A stretch of 60,007 nt of DNA, the filler included, from Stramenopiles sp. TOSAG23-2 (Eukaryota), in assembly GCA_900128395.1 (NCBI GenBank). It is 4 parts of 4 records of this genome, joined end to end, with 100 filler letters (N's around TTAATTAATTAA, not from the genome) between each part and the next. Parts side by side here need not be neighbours in the genome. Positions count along the whole stretch, not along the records: positions 45,100 to 60,007 come from LT649740.1; 3 more parts are not named here. One strand, written 5' to 3'. Below are positions 57,101 through 60,007 of the stretch, piece by piece. The position numbers and the translations under genes are program-made. The notes below the pieces were generated by a model. It did not search any database and was not told the DNA's origin. It saw only the letters and a program-made list of their open reading frames with translations. The first letter of the stretch is position 1. Every line of letters begins with the position of its first letter.

Positions 57101-60007
57101 GTGCAGTCTGTTACTGGAGGATAATATTCTAGGGAAGGCAAAGGTTTGTAAAATTTTGCACCACATATACACCTAGTTCCGTTTGGTCCTCGATCATAGT
57201 CTCCACGGTACTCACCAATTCCACAACCTTTTGAAAAAATTCTTAACGTAAAATCTTCATCTGGGCGATCGTAATAAATACTATTTTTATTTTGCGGCTC
57301 AAGTATTCTGTGTTTTACCGTGCATGATTGCAGTTCTGTTGCTTTTGCTGTGCGATCAAATCCATTTGGAATTAAAATTTCGATGTCATATCCAGTGGCA
57401 TAGTTATCATTATTAAAAGTAAAAACATTTGTATCATAATCAATCATGTAACACTCTGGTCCTGAAAATGATATTTCAACTTCAGTGAGGTCATCTACTC
57501 CTATGGCAAACGGCGTAGTAGGATCGACATTTTGTGGTTGGCGATTTAAACGCAATAAATATGAAAAAACGTTGCCTTCTATCATTTGTGGCATTTTTGG
57601 TAAAGCTTTTAAGCTTGTCCAACCACCACAAAATACCGCGCCTGCGTCTGATTCTTTCCCTTTTGAACAAGGAAAACATTCGGTTCCACCAGAATTTGAC
57701 TGGTATGTATTTGCGTTACATATGGTGCATGCGGTTTTACCCTTTTCATCCATATAAAATCCAGGTTCGCATTTAGTACATAAACAATCGCTTGTAATTC
57801 CCGGTATATTACTGACTTTTCCAACTGGGCATTTGATACAATCATTTTCATCATCGTGGAAGCCAGATGCTGTACCTTCATCAAAATTAAATCGCCCAGC
57901 TGGACAATTTGTACACTATATACGTATTTCAATAAATATATAAATATAGGTACTTATAAGTTAGAAATTGTCTGTGTATGTGAATAGTGAGGCATAGCTA
58001 CTTACATCATCTTTGCTATCGTGCATAGAAACTGTTAATGAAGAATCCAATATTACTTTTCCAGCTTCACATATTTCACAATCTGAAACATGGTCGTGCT
58101 TAGTTACATCTGTACCGTCTGCAGTTGAATATGTACCTCCTGGACATATAGCGCAATCACTTAGTTCATCATGAAATGAAAAAGCTGTCCCATCAGCATC
58201 ATTATATCGCCCAATAGTGCAAATTTTACAATTATTTGCTTCTTCGTGCAAGGACAATGTAAGTCCGTCGTCAGCTAAATATCGGCCTTTGGCACAAGAT
58301 TTGCAAATTGATTGGCCTATTTCATCGTTCCACGATCCTTTGGGACATATCTTGCAATCTGCTGTTTCATCATGTTGTGTCACGTCAGATGCATCATCTG
58401 CAATATACGTTGCTATACCACATAACAAACAGTCATCTAGTGCATCATGTTTTGATGCATTACTTGAAGTATCGCTATTATAACGTCCTTGTATGCAAAT
58501 TTTGCAGGCAGGGCGACCTATTTCATTATTATACATTCCTTTCGCACAGACAAAACAATCTGCAGAAGAGTCATGATTTGCACCATCTATGCTATCATCT
58601 TCCAAATATTTTCCAATTTCACACGATTTGCAATCTGAATATTCATCATGATTATCGGCATCAACTGCTAAATCGCCAATGTACTTTCCAAATGAACATA
58701 CCATACAATCCGATTCCGCATCATGTAACGTAATACTGCCTCCCTGATCTTCTAGATACTTTCCACCACCGCATATTTTACAATCTTGAGTTCCAATTTC
58801 GTCAGTATAAGTACCTTGTAAGCATATTGAACAATCGCTTTCTTGATCATGTTTTGACACATCTGATGCTAAATCTGAAATATGTTTACCAATAATACAC
58901 AATTTACAATCTAAAATATTATCATGTAAATCAGCATCTGTCGCAGCATCATCGTTATATTTACCACCTGGACAGATGTCGCAATCTGTATTTTCATCAT
59001 GTAATGTTATACTTTGTCCATCGTCCTCAAGATAACGGCCTATTTCGCACACTAAACATTCCGTCGTAGCACTTTGATCTGTATACATTCCCTTTGGACA
59101 TATTGAACAATCGCTTTCTTGATCATGTTTATCTTTATCAGTTGCAGCATCTTGCAAATATTTCCCTAGTACACAAACTTTACATGCAGATGATGTTGGA
59201 TCATCTGTGAATTGTCCCGCACTACAAATGACGCATGTTGATTCCAACGTTTGACCGTTTGCATTAGAGTAACGCCCAGCTTGACATACAGTACAATCAA
59301 GATCATGATTATCGTGGAGATTTTTATCTGTTGCAATATCAGTTAGATACCTCCCGATGCCACACAATTTACATGCGCTTGCCGTCGTTTCATCATTATA
59401 TTGACCCGCACTACAAATAGTACAGGTCGATTCTGCTTGTTGGTCAACTTCATCCGAATATCTACCTGCACCACACTCAGTGCAGTCGTCTAGCTGATTG
59501 TGGTATAAGCGGTCCGAATTATCTTTATCGTTGTACCTCCCCTGCGGACATTCATCACATCCATCTGTATCTGCCGTTTGATTGCTGTACTTTCCAGCAA
59601 TACAAATTATACAATCACCAAGTTCGTCTTGTCCTGTATTACTGTTATAGGTTCCCTCTGGACATAGTTTGCAATCAACTTCTGCATCATGTAAATCATA
59701 TTGATTTTGTGAATGTGACTCCAAATATTTACCTTCAGGGCAATTGTCACATGTAGAAGACTTTGCATATTATTATGAAGGTTAGTACGTTTACTGCAGA
59801 GGGAAAATGTGTTTGAACTTACTGAACCTTGGCCTATATTTGTGCTATACTTTCCCGCGCCACATATATCGCAATCCTCTAATGCGTTGTGAAGACTCGC
59901 ATCTCCTGTATTTGTTAAATACGTACCGGCAGGACAACCTTGACATGTAGTTTCTAATGTTTGGCCAGTCTGTGCGCTATATTTTCCAGCACCACATACT
60001 GTACAAT
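54162..60007 (-). CDS. Giant Cys-repeat multi-pass receptor-like protein with EF-hand and C-terminal CAP-Gly domain; 5' truncated; join(59823->60007, 58006-59760, 55601-57915, 54162-55515)
   Basis: Introns 59761-59822, 57916-58005 and 55516-55600 (all GTAAGT..AG) join the ORFs in frame; EF loop DYDRSGRIELPE; CAP-Gly [25 protein letters not shown]. Confidence 0.87.

Noticed and set aside
1-60007. tRNA, rRNA or snRNA genes; non-standard genetic code
   Set aside because: No cloverleaf or rRNA signature recognised by eye; conserved proteins read through completely under the standard code.

Overview
This is AT-rich, gene-dense DNA from a unicellular eukaryote. It is probably flagellated (RIIAD1 present), and a stramenopile-like protist is my inference. 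It is not one locus: four scaffolds of 14953, 14937, 14909 and 14908 bp (descending length) are joined by artificial 100-bp N44-TTAATTAATTAA-N44 linkers. Scaffolds 1-3 hold mostly single-ORF housekeeping genes rich in poly-Asn: TBC GAPs including BUB2, ALKBH6, a DHX35-like helicase with a degenerate Walker B, RIIAD1, RING E3, COG4, kinase, TauE, NSUN2, RMD1, metallophosphoesterase, CdsA and OTU. They also contain a decayed MULE transposase and two foldback elements. Scaffold 4 is different. It carries two very large intron-containing Cys-rich multi-pass receptor-like genes. One is bracketed by two virus/phage-like islands that share an iteron-like repeat; the left island holds a phage Dam methyltransferase C-terminal fragment and a YubB/DUF1281-like ORF. 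The other combines a His-Asp Cys-repeat ectodomain, an EF-hand and a C-terminal CAP-Gly domain. All family calls come from motif recognition by eye; no searches were run.
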